Assembly (NCBI GenBank): GCA_036785375.1
Contig: JAWMAR010000531.1
Coordinates: forward strand, 930,001-994,000
Length of the DNA: 64,000 nucleotides
DNA from: Leucoraja ocellata
Lineage: Eukaryota
Reading direction: 5' to 3'
This document shows positions 1 through 12,711 of this stretch, one piece after another. The notes under the pieces were generated by a model. It did not search any database. It had not been told where the DNA came from and saw only the letters and a program-made list of their open reading frames with translations. The first letter of the stretch is position 1. Every line of letters starts with the position of its first letter. The translations under genes and the position numbers were made by a program.

Positions 1-190
1 GGAGGCAGGTTCTCTGGATGCTTTCAAGTGAGAACTAGATAGGGCTCTTAAAAATAGCGGAGTCAGGGGATATGGGGAGAGGGTGGGAATGGGGTACTGA
101 TTGGGGATGATCAGCCATTGAATGGCGGTGCTGGCGCGAAGGGCCGAATGGCCTCATCCTGCACCAATTGTCTGTAGTCTATTGTCTACT
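1..190 (+). mobile_element. CR1-like LINE 3' end fragment
   Basis: Matches the CR1 3' ends elsewhere in the window (ggatatggggaga...gaagggccgaatggcct) and ends in a short ttgtct-type tail. Confidence 0.75.
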
Positions 191-1059
191 CTCGCGATAT
201 ATCTTTCTACCTTGGCAGATGTGTGCTCATGAACACCAAGTCCCTCGGTTCCTGCGAACTTTGAACCCACATTGCCTCCCCCTCTCCCCCTCCCCTCCAC
301 ACACGAGGCAAACTATACAAGCTCATACTTCTCTGTGATAGGTTTCATCCATCATTTACCTACTCATTCTCCTGTCATATTGAAGTTTGAAGTGCTCGCT
401 GAATACTCTCTCTCCCTCTCCTGCGTGTAAGCCGCTATTCCATCATGATTGTTGATGTGAATATATTGCTATTGGTACAGAACATAACTAGTTATGGGGA
501 TAGTGGAGAATTAAATCATTGGCCAGAATGCTCGTGCATACTGAATGTGAATAATGGGAATGTTACCTCCGGGAGAGACTTTAATATTTTTTTTGGACAA
601 ACATGAAGACAGTTGCAAACAGGATTTTGTACATTTGAGTGGGTTTTGGTCCCAGGATTTTAGCCCCAGGTTTTCCATCTATCCAATTTGCCAAGGTGTT
701 GAGTGTCAATGAAAGTCATAATGATTTAAACAACGACGCATGACATAAATAACTGAACATTGTTCTCTTAAAAGAAACAAACAGAAAATCCAATTACAAC
801 TCATTTTAAACCGAGAACTCTTGTTTGCAGAAACATCGCATACACGTGGACTGTGACAGAAAATACACAGGAATAAATGATATATACATTATACATGTAC
901 ATCAGAAAGAAAGAAACAAGATTGCGACCAAAAACATAATAAAGAAAAAACAGTGTCGATAGTGTACAAGTTTTGGGGCATAGTGTCCCGTTAGCGAGGC
1001 AGGATTAGGGGTATGTTGGTCCTTCCAAAATCTGGATAGTTGTAGGAATGTAGCTTTTC

Positions 1060-1620
1060 TTGAACCGGGTGATGTACATTCTGTAGTAGATCTGTAAAAG
1101 TTTGTTGGAATATTTGGAGACAAAAAGTATTTCTTTAAAGTTCTTTGAAAGTAGAGGCATTGACGCTCCTTCGCGGATGCAGTTGTTTGCTGGGCCCGGG
1201 CCACGTCATCCACGATGTTAATGCCTAGAATTTAAAGCAGATAACTCTCTCCACCACTGCTCCATCAATTACTAACTGGCCTGAGGTCCCTGGACTTCCT
1301 CTTTCTGAAGTCAGCGACCAGTTCCGTCTTGTTGCTTTGGAGCGAAAGGTTGTTGTTCTGACACCACTCAACCAAGTGTTCCGTCTCTCTTCTCTATGTT
1401 GACGCAGCACCATCAGTCATTCATCCAAACAGAATGGTGTTGGGGGTGGATCAATAGATTACTTTGGAGCTGTGGGTGTAAAGGAAGTAGAACAGGGTGT
1501 AAATCGCGCAGCCTTGAGATGCGCTGTGTTGCTGGTCAATGGGGAGGAGATGATGTTCCCCATCCGCACTCGCTCACTTGAAGCTAATTCACCAAACAGT
1601 AAAATGGTGACTAATCTGAT
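1060..1620 (-). mobile_element. Degenerate Rex1/Babar-like LINE reverse transcriptase fragment
   Basis: Minus ORFs give QLVIDGAVVERVICFKF and RQCLYFQRTLKK...TNFYRST, typical of the C-terminal RT region of this LINE clade; frameshifted. Confidence 0.6.
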
Positions 1621-2174
1621 TGTAACCACTGAGCTGTAGTCCCATGCACCTCTGGTAACATATCACTACCCCACCTTGTTAATTATGAATATTTCTACCT
1701 TTGGAAAAAAATAAATACTGCTTCTACCACATTTTCAGAAACGTAATTGATGAGGCTTTCTCCATTCTGAGAGATGTGTTTTGTTTCTTCACTTTTTGAA
1801 GTAGGCATTTATTTTTGTGTAACCGGTGACGTTTAGTTTTAGATTACCCCAGCCGAATTGTCCTCACCCTTCACATGCTGTTAAGACCCCGCATAATCAC
1901 CTGTGCTTCAATTAAAGCAACTCTCATGCTTCAAATTGTCGAGCACTCGCTCGTTGCAGATATGGGTCTAATAGTAATAATTTTCTGAATTGCTTCAAAG
2001 GCATTTACATTTCAATACTCTGCTCGATACTGCGATGAAGTACAACTGAAACACTAAGACCCTTTCTCTTTTGTATTCGGTTTTTCTGGCGTTAGATGCT
2101 AACACTGTTACCTTTTCTATGTTTCAAACTAATCGCCCAATGTTCTTTTCTTAACCATAAATGCCAAGGTTCGT

Positions 2175-3260
2175 AGAAAATACGTGCAGGAGTAGGCTAT
2201 TCGGCCCTTCGAGCAGCACCGCCATTCAACATGATCATGGCTGATCATCCGAAATCGGTATCCCGTTCCTGCTTTCTCCCCATATCCCTTGGTTCCATCA
2301 GCCCTAAAAGCTGTATCTAACTCTCTGTTGAATACAACCAGTGATTTGGCCTCCACTGCCTTCTGTGGCAGATAATTCCACAGATTCACAACTCTCTGCG
2401 TAAAAAAAGTGTTTCCGCATCTCTGCCCTAAATGGCCTACCATTTTTTAAAACTAGGACGCCTGGTTCTGGATTCCCCATCATCGGGAACATTTTACATG
2501 CATCTAGTGTATCCAATCCCTTAAGAATGTTATATGTTTCTATAAGAACCCCTCTCATCCAAAATGCCAGTGCATATAAGCCCACTCGATCATATGTCAG
2601 TTCCACCATCCCGGGAATTAATCTGGTGAACCGACGTTGCACTCCCTCAATAGCAAGAATGTCCTTCCTCAAATTTAGAGAACAAAACTGCACATAATAC
2701 TCCAGGTGTGGTCTCACTAGGGCCCTGTACCACTGCCGTCGGACCACCTTGTTCCTATACTCAAATCCTCTCGCAATGAAGGCCAATGTGCCATTCGATT
2801 TTCTTCACTGCCGACTGCAACTGCAAGCTTTCTTTCCGTGACTGGTGTTCAAGGACACCCAGTTCTCGTTTCACCCCCCCTTTCCCAAATTTGACACCAT
2901 TCAGATAATAATCTGCCTTCCTGTTTTTGCCACCAAAGTGGATAACCTCACATTTATCCACGTTATACTGCATCTGCCATGCATCTGCCCACTTACACAC
3001 CCTATCCAAGTCACCCTGCAGCCTCATAGCATCCTCCATGCAGCTCACACTGTCACGCAGCTTTGTGTGATCAGCAAACTTGGAGATGTTGCATTTAATT
3101 CCTTCATCTTAATCCTTCATATATATTGTTAATAACGGAGGTCCCAACACTGAGCCTTGTGGCACTAGTCACTGCCTGCCATTCTGAAAAGGACCCGTTA
3201 ATTCTACTCTTTGCTTCCTGTCTGCCATATAGTTCACCATCCATGTCAATACCCTACCCC
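2175..3260 (-). mobile_element. CR1-like LINE ORF2 (RT C-terminus) plus 3' end, decayed
   Basis: LQGDLDRV..WA..WQMQYNVDKC, YRALVRPHLEY, FFTQRVVNLWN motifs spread over several frames. Confidence 0.9.
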
Positions 3261-3399
3261 CAATATTACCACGTTATTTACCAGATCAACCTTAGATTCC
3301 TCACCTTATCAAATGCCTGCTCGAAATTATATCTGCCTGGCATGGTACTTCTTCAAAGCCTTTCGGTAAATTGGTGAAACGTCCTTCATAAATTCATAA

Positions 3400-4200
3400 A
3401 TTGTAGGACCAGAATTAGGCCTTTCAGCTCTAATTCTACCCGGCCATTCTATCACGCTTGATTTATCTCCACCTCTCAGCCCCTCTCAGCCCCATTCTCC
3501 TGACTTATCCCCATAACCCTTAACACTCTTACTAATCACCAACCAATCAATCTGCACCTTAAAAATATCCATTGAGTTGGCTTCCACAGCGTTCTGAAGC
3601 AATGGATTCCACAGATTCACCACCCTCTGACTAAAGGAATTCCTCCTCATCACCTTTTGTAAATGTACGTCCTTTTATTCTGAGGCTATAACCTTTGGTC
3701 CTTGACTCCCCCGCTCGTCGAAACATCCACTCCACATCCACTCTATCCAGGAGGGGAGGGGGCGCTCTCCCAAAGTCTACTATCAATTCCACCGTCTTAA
3801 GAACATTGAGCTCCAGATTGTTACGAAGGCACCAGGACGCCAGCTGTGTTACTTCCTGTCTGTAGGCAGATTCCTCCCCAACCTGGATCAGTCCAATCAG
3901 GGTTGTGTCGCCCCTGGGATCCCTGGGATCATCCTCGTAAACCTCCTCTGGACCCTCTCCAACGCCAGCTCACCCTTCCTCAGATTGGAGCCCAAAGCTG
4001 TTCACAACACTCCAAATGCGGTCTGACCAGTGCCTGATAAAGGCCCAGCAATACATCCCTGGTTTTGTATTTTGTTTTTGTGTTCTGGCCCTCTCGAAAG
4101 AAATGCTAGCATTGCATTCGCCTTCCCGACTACAGACTTGTAAATTAACTTTTGGGGAATCCTGCACCAGCACTCCCAAACCCCTTTGCACCTCTCGTTT
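3400..4200 (-). mobile_element. CR1-like LINE fragments
   Basis: CR1 3' end at about 3400-3750 and RT piece (GKANAMLAF..RG, VRPHLE-like) at about 3930-4200. Confidence 0.7.
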
Positions 4201-5649
4201 CTGAATGTTCTCTTTCTCAACAACATTTTGACTTTTGCGGGATGAACTTATTGATCATTTTGTCAATACCCTTTATATATTTTAGTAACAGCTTGTAATA
4301 TTTCTGTCTCTCTTCCTTTCTGAATGAAAATGATCACCAATGAACGTCCATGGTAGTTTTGAAATAAAAACTCAAAGCAATGAATTTAGCGCTGCAATGG
4401 GATGAATTAAGATTCTAGAATAAAATACAATACATCTTAACACCCTGTCAGCCCGTGGCTCTATCAACTTCCTAATGATTGCAACGTTTGTGAGTTTGTT
4501 CCTTGCTTCCACTTCCATGTCTGCAGCCGTTTCTGGGATGTTGTCGTGTTCTGTAGTAGTGCAGACCGAGGACATTTTTCAGTTTACATTTTCTGTCATC
4601 TGCATATTCCCCTTTACTTTTACCCCAGATCCCCTACTTCACTGTCCAGTCTGTAGGTTGTAATACAAATGACAGCAATTCTTACTATCATGCATTAACA
4701 CTTCTAGCTGACGTCCAACAATACTTTAATATACTCATTGAACGCTTCGTCATATTTTTTTACAATTCGCTGTTCAATTTTCTGATTTCCATTCAACATT
4801 GCTCATAGAATTGTTTTGTGCTCTTAGTTTAATGCTGCCTTTAACATATTTAGATAATCGTGGATGTTTTATTTCTTGTGGCACGTGTGTAGTTTCTGTC
4901 TTTTGAATGATTACATTGAAAGCTTCCGTGTACATCTGGAATTTCCGATATTTTAATTGAATTTGCTGGTGGATTTCAAGTTCAAGTTCACATTTAGTGT
5001 CACATACACGCACCAATTATGGTACAGTGATATTTGAGTTACCGTGCAGCCCATTCAAGTAAAAATAACACAATACATTCAGCTGGCTCCGTTCCGTGGC
5101 ATGCATTTACCCCGATACAGCATTCCCTCACCCTCACATTTCTACTTTAATTAATGATGTATTGTTCTTCCCATGAACTTCAATTCGACCGTCTGAAGGG
5201 TCGTTCTCTCGCATTGCGATGAAGACATATTAACAGATTCTCCTGTGCCGTTTAATTTCACCATTAAAGTGGACACTTTAAATCCAATGAAGGGGCTAGT
5301 GGTGGAATGGTGCCTTGCGATATTACACGACTGCGAATTATTTGTAGGAAAAGGACAAATGTGTTATTTTATAATTATTTGGGAGCTTAAGGTGATTAGT
5401 GCAAAGTCTGTACAGTGCCACCATTCAACACAGCTGACACCGTTTACTCAGTAAATAAGAGCCTTCTCTCACACAACAGTTCCCGTGTGAGTCTCAGAGC
5501 TTCTCTCCCCCTCCCCCCGCCGCCGTTGAGTTCACCGTTGTCTGCTATTCTCCTCCCACTTAAAACAACATGAATATTGCTTTCTCCCAAAGGGCTGGAG
5601 CTGCAGAAATAAATTTTTACCCCGAGCCAATAATTCAGTGAATCGGTGT

Positions 5650-5670
5650 CACGTGGATAAAGATTTGCAT
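5650..5670 (+). promoter_or_regulatory. IgL cluster 1 promoter: E-box CACGTG plus octamer ATTTGCAT
   Basis: CACGTG 5650-5655, ATTTGCAT 5663-5670, about 100 bp before the ATG; light-chain orientation of the Ig octamer. Confidence 0.9.
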
Positions 5671-5769
5671 GAATAATTAATAAATAGTGACTGAAGACTT
5701 TAAAAGAGAAACTTGGAAAGGGCTCAAAACCGCGCTTGTGCAGCAAGACATTCCCTTATAACCTTCAAC

Positions 5770-5815
5770 ATGGCTGTATGTGTTTGGGTTCTCGCCTTGG
5801 TGACCTGTTTCCACT
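5770..5815 (+). CDS. IGL: Ig light chain cluster 1, leader exon (MAVCVWVLALVTCFH)
   Basis: ATG 5770, hydrophobic signal peptide, phase-1 donor GTGAGT at 5816. Confidence 0.9.
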
Positions 5816-5912
5816 GTGAGTAGAGCGCAGAATGATTAATGCTGTATCGTTTTACATTCTGCTGTGTTTTTTTTTCTAATGGTTCTGTATATTTATCTGT
5901 TATTTCTATCAG

Positions 5913-6260
5913 CTATAAACGCGGAGACTACCTTGACTCAGAGCCCGGCTATATCACAATCGCCGGGAACAACCGTGAAAATTACCTGTACACTGTCAGG
6001 GGGCAGCATCGGTAGCTTGTACACGAGCTGGTACTGGCAGAAGCCGAGCAGCAGCCCTGTCTTCGTGTGGTATGAAGGCTCCATCAGAGGCACCGGAATT
6101 CCAGACAGATTCACGGGATCCGTGGAATCATCCACGAACCAAATGCATTTAACCATCACCAACGTGCAATCGGAGGACGCGGCCGATTATTACTGTGCTG
6201 TGTGGGACAACAGTAAAAAAGAATTCACATTCGGGAGAGGAACCAAACTGAATCTAAGCA
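5913..6260 (+). CDS. IGLV: Ig light chain cluster 1, germline-joined VJ exon (type II/lambda), intact
   Basis: AG 5911-12; ETTLTQSP...C...WYWQKP...DYYC AVWDNSKKEFT FGRGTKL; donor GTAAGT 6261; 348 nt in frame; no RSS. Confidence 0.95.
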
Positions 6261-8508
6261 GTAAGTAAAGTATTCACGGTGTGAAACAACGAATCGTTGA
6301 ACTTATGTTTTGCTTTCCATCACAAATCCTCGGTAGAAAGATTCTATTAGACCTAAGTAGAACACAACGGGCCAGCCAGCATCTCCGGTAGACGTATAGA
6401 TGTTTCGTGTCGGAATCTTTGCGAGACTTTCCCGAAAGGAAATATCATCTTTCTTTGTCCTCCAGAGATGCTGTCTGATCCGCTGGATTACTTCAGCACT
6501 TTGTGTTGTACTCAAGATGCCAACATTCGCGGTTCCTTGTTTCTCCTACGTGAACTTGTGTTTTTTTAAATATAATCCTTTACCTCCATCCCTACAACAC
6601 TCCGGGAAATCTGCGCTCATCTATCCGTGGCTCCTTGATCATCGTGGAATTTAACGCCTTCACAGACTGGCAGCTGTGCTTCAAAGTTGTTAAATTCTGG
6701 AATGATCTGAAGGTCTATTTCCCACTTTCTTCCCTGATGTTCACGAAACCTGCTCCTATAACAGGAATACTGATTCTCTGATTTGAAGTATCCTCAAGTG
6801 GCGGGTTCCATATGAGACTGCTGCTATTGATCACTTTGCTTCAATATAAGCGGAATGCAAACCAAAACTGTTGCTGTTTCTTGAACAAATGTTCGGGAAA
6901 TTATGAGATTTCATTAACTTACAGTATATTGTGGACACGGAGAATACCAACTCTGACAGTGGGCCAAATAGAATCATTGGAAACATCCAAAGGAAAGTTA
7001 ATAAACATTTGGCAAGGGATGTCGGTGAATTTAAATGGGATATTTTTGGAATTGCAAATACCCATTAGGGCAAATTGCGCGAAGTTGATTTCTGATCGTT
7101 TTAATGATACCATGATGGTGAAGTGGCGTTTAGACAGGTTTACACGCGCTCCCTACAACAGCGCTAAAACTAATTGTCAGGGAAAAGGTTAAAACCAAAA
7201 TGTAAACGCTTCGCACGGCAGCATTTCAATTCCCTTTGCGCGAAAGCGTGGAGGATTGTTGCAAGTCTGATTCAGCTCCGAAATTAGAAACAAGAGCAGA
7301 ACCGGATTCTGGTTCATTCCTCGTTCAGCGAGCCATTGCCACCTTAGCTGATCACATTTGTGTGGATATGCCGTCAGACTCTTTGTACCCTTGACTCTTG
7401 TAGAACCTGCAAGGGATTTTGATGCTAGTTCTCCGATTGCCATCGAGTGTATGATATAGCAGAAAACGCAGACTGTTCATTATGCTGTTAAACATGATCC
7501 CTCTGAGTGTTGATTTTTTTTACGGGCAGGCAGTTGGTAGACCGACATGTCAAAAAAGCTTCAAAGAGCGAGACATCATTTTGCCATTTTCGGATAAATT
7601 AATGCAGAAATGGGCACACGTGTATACGAGGTTATTGCTGAATTGCCTTGAATCGTACGATTGGAAGGAAATAGTACAGCGTCTTTAAATTCAGCATTAG
7701 TTTGAAATGTTTTTTAAAGTCCGAATATGTTGGATGTTAAACCCAGAGCTGTCTGGAACAGTGTCAGAAGGAATTTGAATCGGACCAAAACATATCTTTA
7801 GTTTTACATTTCATTTTTCTGACCGCCACCATCATTGAATCATGAACTACCTGGGATAGAATTGGGATTACTATTTAAACAAGCATTAATTTGGAAATGC
7901 TGCTCATTCTGCCAGGATGAGTTGTAATTCAATTTTTTCTGCCCGTTTCCATGATCTGTAGAGAATCGTATGTTATATGTTTTACCAAACCTCGGATATA
8001 CCCCCATAAAAATTAACTTATCATGATTCTGCTGTATAAAATGAGGTTTATAAATGAACGGGAATTGTAAAGCCAGTGCAGTACACGGCCATAGAGCCAC
8101 GGAGTTATGCAGCGGTGGAACAGTCCTTCAGTCCACCTATTTCATGCCGACCGAGGTGCCCTACTTGAGCTGGTCCCATTTGCGCGTCAGGCCCATATCT
8201 CTTTGAACCTTTCTTATCCAAGTATTAATTCAAATGTTTATTTAAATGGTGTTTTATTGTACCTGCCTCGTCAACTTCTCTGGGGAACTCATTCCATGGA
8301 GTCAACGCGTTATGTGAACAAATGTTGCCCTGAAGCAAAGCCCTTTAATTCTTCATTCTCCTACTACGGGGAAAAGATTCCATGCGCCAACCCTATGTAT
8401 TCCCCTCGCGATTTTGTAACCGCCATGCGATCACCCTAAGGTCTTCTACACTCCAAGGACTAACTGATAAATAATTCACATGTATTTATTTCAATTCTTT
8501 ATTTCCAG

Positions 8509-8831
8509 GTCCGCGCTCCCCCACCGTTTCCATTCTGGCGCCATCAATGGGTGAAGTCACCGCAAAAAGTACCGCCACCCTGGTGTGTTTGGTGAGCGGG
8601 TTCAACCCGGGCGCTGTGGACATTAAGTGGACCGTGGACGGCAGTGCGAGAAGTGACGGCGCTGCGACCAGCCGGGTCCAGCAAGAGAAAGACAACTCGT
8701 TCAGTGCGAGCAGTTACCTGACTCTGCCAGCCGCCTACTGGAACTCACACGATCTTTACTCCTGTGTGGTTAAACACGAAACCCAGGCAACCCCGATTAA
8801 GGCCAACATCGCCAGATCCAGTTGCCTCTAA
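8509..8831 (+). CDS. IGLC: Ig light chain cluster 1, constant exon (lambda-like)
   Basis: ttccAG acceptor; PRSPTVSILAPS..TATLVCLVSGFNP..W..YSCVVKH..ARSSCL*; C1-set domain with penultimate Cys. Confidence 0.95.
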
Positions 8832-9010
8832 TTCAAAGGATCAATTTCCCGATTTGCTCCATTTCGTTGTAAATTAATCCAATATCCAGATATCGAATGT
8901 TCGCTTTAACAGGGTATTTGTTCAAACACAGCACGTGTGCATTTTGTTGCCGTGAATGCGCTGTTGGTATTTTACGGTGAATTGACAAACAATAATGTAA
9001 CATTTAATGC

Positions 9011-9016
9011 AATAAA
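9011..9016 (+). promoter_or_regulatory. Putative polyadenylation signal, cluster 1
   Basis: AATAAA 180 nt after the stop; second one at 9081. Confidence 0.6.
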
Positions 9017-9221
9017 ACAGATTATTCTACTTACGATGCATCGTTGTAATTTTCTGTGCAAATGTCCTTGCCTTCAATAGAATAAAAACAATAATGTCCG
9101 ATGATGCCAGTGTGTAGAAACTGGTATTTTGTGAAACTTCGTTATATTTCAAATAAACTGCATTTTCATGATTGATGGTGATCCATGTGTTAGGACAGCT
9201 GAAGGGACCGCTTGCACATAC

Positions 9222-9257
9222 CCCCCCCCCCCCCCCCCCCCCCCCCCTCCCCTCCCC
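9222..9257. repeat. Poly-C tract
   Basis: Long C run. Confidence 0.9.
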
Positions 9258-11514
9258 AGATTGAAGAAATTAGGTGCCAATCCGTGTCCCTATTTTGGAT
9301 ATCCCAGAAATACGGAAGTACAGTCTTGGCATTACGCGAATATGCTTGAAGTACCCAATAGTCTCCAATAAATCCGCACAAAATATCACAATATATCAGT
9401 GTTTATACAATGAAAAACGCGATGAAAAGTGTGGGTTGACGAATTAGTTAACCGCGGCATTACCGCGGTCTTTAATCAGCTCACCATTAATCACCAGAAG
9501 TGGTCATATATTTAAATAATATAACGAGAGAAATAAAGTTTAGGCTCGTAGGGGTGAGCGCTAGACTCATCTTGAAGGGGGGCTGCGCAACAACAATTAA
9601 CCGAAATATAAATTGTGATTCCCAGAATTGGGATAAACAACTTTCGGGATATGGAAACTGCTTGGATGCTCTTCTCAGGGAATAACAACACATTTTTAAC
9701 ATAAATTATGAAAAATTATGAAAATTATAAATTATGAAAAAATAAATTATCCGATCTGGGTAAATCCTATCTAAAGAGACCCTGTAGTACGATGTCAATA
9801 TCCAGTCGTAAAATAAATTTATAATTAAAAAATATACCACCTATTTGACAAAATTGTTAGTAACAGGTTGGGGACGTCACCTATCTCTTTTCACCCCCTT
9901 CCTCCAGGGTTATCATTCACTCCATTCCCCGCTTGGTGCTGATTCCCTTTTCACCCCTAGCCTTTGCCAATTAACCCCCTACCCCCATCTGCTATTCAAC
10001 CCCCTCTCACATGTATCCACTTATAACTTGGCAGGCTTTATCACACCTCATATATATTTTCCAGCTTTCTGCCCTCTGTCCCAATTAGTGCAGAAGGGTC
10101 TAGACCTGAAACGATACCTGTCCATTCCCCAATCAGATATTGCCCGCCCCGGCGAGTCATATAGAATCCAATGGCGGAGTCTTGTTTTGCTGGATCTCTA
10201 ACCGTGACGGCATTCATGAGAACGTTTCTTGGGATCTGTAATCTCAATGCATCAGTAGCACCTGATGGTTTCAGTCTGAACTTTGGCGTTCACCTGCTCT
10301 ATCTGATGTATATATTAGTTCCGGTCATAACTGGCTGCTTATTGCTATTCTCTTCTTATTGATGTATATTTCACAGGATTTCTTAATTGATGATGTCTTT
10401 TGCGCTGGTAATCAGGTGATTGAACCGTTTCCTCAACTAATCCTCCTATTGTATGGTGCTCAGTTACAGATCGAAACACATCACTTAAATACCGAAATCG
10501 AACTTCCAACATTTGTCATATTAATTTCATACCATATTTGCAATCATGCGAACATCGCAATGTTCGGCGATGACATGGTCCATTCAGTGAGTGCTAACGG
10601 CCACATTTTCCAGTCCGAAACACCAATTCATGGATTATTTTCAAGCCCATTGATGTTAATGCTTGAGATTAATAATTGAAGCAATGATTTGGAGCTTTGC
10701 ATTCAAATAGGATGAAAACAGTTACAAATGGCGAGGGATAGTTACTGCTGACATACCAAAAGCACATGCACACACACAAATGGAGGGTAGCTGTCAGGGA
10801 AATGGGGGCGGGAGTGGGTGATGTGTAGGCGAACGGGACCAGTCACCCCGGCTCCTAAAATAATGGCTATTGAGCCGCTCAGAACGACCTCATTGTGTAG
10901 CACCGTTGTTGCAACAGTGGGCACCTAATACAAATTTCATTACTTCGCCATAAGAGCTGCCTCTGTCATTGGACCTATCTTCTGTGAACTTGTGCTTAAG
11001 TGTTGAACTAATCTTAAGTAGTGAAGACCTCCGCAATACTTGAGAGACATTACTGCCTGTCAAAGCTGCTGATGGCATTCAATGTTTTCGAAAGCATTCA
11101 TGCAACCATATAAATTAATTCACATTTCGAAACACAATCAAAATGAATGAAAATAAAGCTATGTGCAAATAGTAAATATAGCTACATACAACAGCGAATC
11201 TTATAGATGACAATTGAAAACATTGAAACAATCTCACTTGAGTGTAATACTGCTAGTCATGTTTCCATCATTGACATTTCTCTCAATTCAAATGAATGGA
11301 CTTGCTTTTCCGCTCCAGTTTAATGGACAGGTTCCTCAAAATAATTGTTGTTAAGTTCAGCAAATTCCTGCTCCATTGCCAAACTCCATCAAGAGTATAC
11401 ATTTGATCGAAGGTAGATATAATCGGTGAACCCAAATCAGCAAAGGTGATCTCTGTCCGCCGTTTGAACATTCACCGGTAGATGGCATTATTGTCTTACA
11501 TATGTCTGAACAAA

Positions 11515-11640
11515 ATTCTCGACCCGAAACGTCACCCATTCCTGCTCTCCAGAGATACAGCCTGTCCCGCTGAGTTAGTTACTCACGCTTTTTTGTGTCT
11601 ATCTTCGGTTTAAACCAGCATCTCTAGTTCCTTCCTACAC
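11515..11640 (+). mobile_element. Half copy of the abundant fold-back short repeat
   Basis: ctcgacccgaaacgtcacccattcc...cctgtcccgctgagtt, shared with 27184-27340 and others. Confidence 0.75.
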
Positions 11641-12637
11641 ATATGCCCATACTTGTGAGCATTACAATTTATTGCAGAGATGATATACATTTACAGTCAA
11701 TTGTATACAATATCACGACAATTATATTTTTTGCAAAATCCATATAAAATCTATAAACGTGAACGCATCTCTATTGCATCCAATGGTGTCCATGCTCGTG
11801 ACCTCATTACACCGATTTAATAGGCGAGTGGTGTTGCATTAGGAAGGCGAATATCTTTTAATCCTTCGAATTTCTATACTAAAGATTAAGAAATTATGCA
11901 TGCAATTATGTAAGTCAGATGATTTGACACAGGCACATAGAATATATAGATAATCTTAATGGTAAATCAGAGTTTCATATTCTTCAATTTCATATCATGA
12001 TAAATAGAAGTTATGCAGTGCATACTTTGTCCTACGCGAGTCAAATAAATGGAGGGTAGACATTATTGGTATAAACTCATACCCTGATAGGTAGATGTAG
12101 CGTTGTGCTTTCATGTTGTGTTTTGGAGCAAGAGCCTGCAACACTAAACACAATGCTGTCCTAACCATTAGTATTTTATTTATCAAATAAACACCATTTT
12201 ATTGATTTTATGCAGAGTGGGCTAAAACAACTGGAAACATTTCAGTCTTGTGTAGGAAGGAACTGCAGATGGTCGTTTAAACCGAAGATAGACGCAAAAA
12301 ACTGGTGTAAGTCGGCGGGTCAGACATCTCTGGAGCATCCCTGGAGAAAAGGAATAGATGACGTTTCCGGTCGAATCCCATCTTCAATAATTTCCAAAAA
12401 CGGGCACCCAAATTTTACCATTCAAGTTTCTGACAATGTGTGGGGTATTGGTGAAATCATAATTAGTATTCGAGGAAAACGTTTTAAATTGTGTACATAT
12501 GCCAATGCATTTGTTATAACGTCATTGCAGATACGCTCCTCTCCTCCCTGCACTCCAGCTTATTGGATGTGTTTTTATCTTGTTTTAACTTATTTTGGTT
12601 GCACTGATCAGGAGTAGCTCTCAATGACAATAAAGGC

Positions 12638-12711
<74 letters not shown>
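12638..12711. repeat. (TTA)n microsatellite
   Basis: About 24 perfect TTA units. Confidence 0.97.

Noticed and set aside
5770-8831. T-cell receptor or processed retrocopy origin
   Set aside because: Single C exon ending in Cys-X-stop with no transmembrane exon, octamer promoter, and both introns retained
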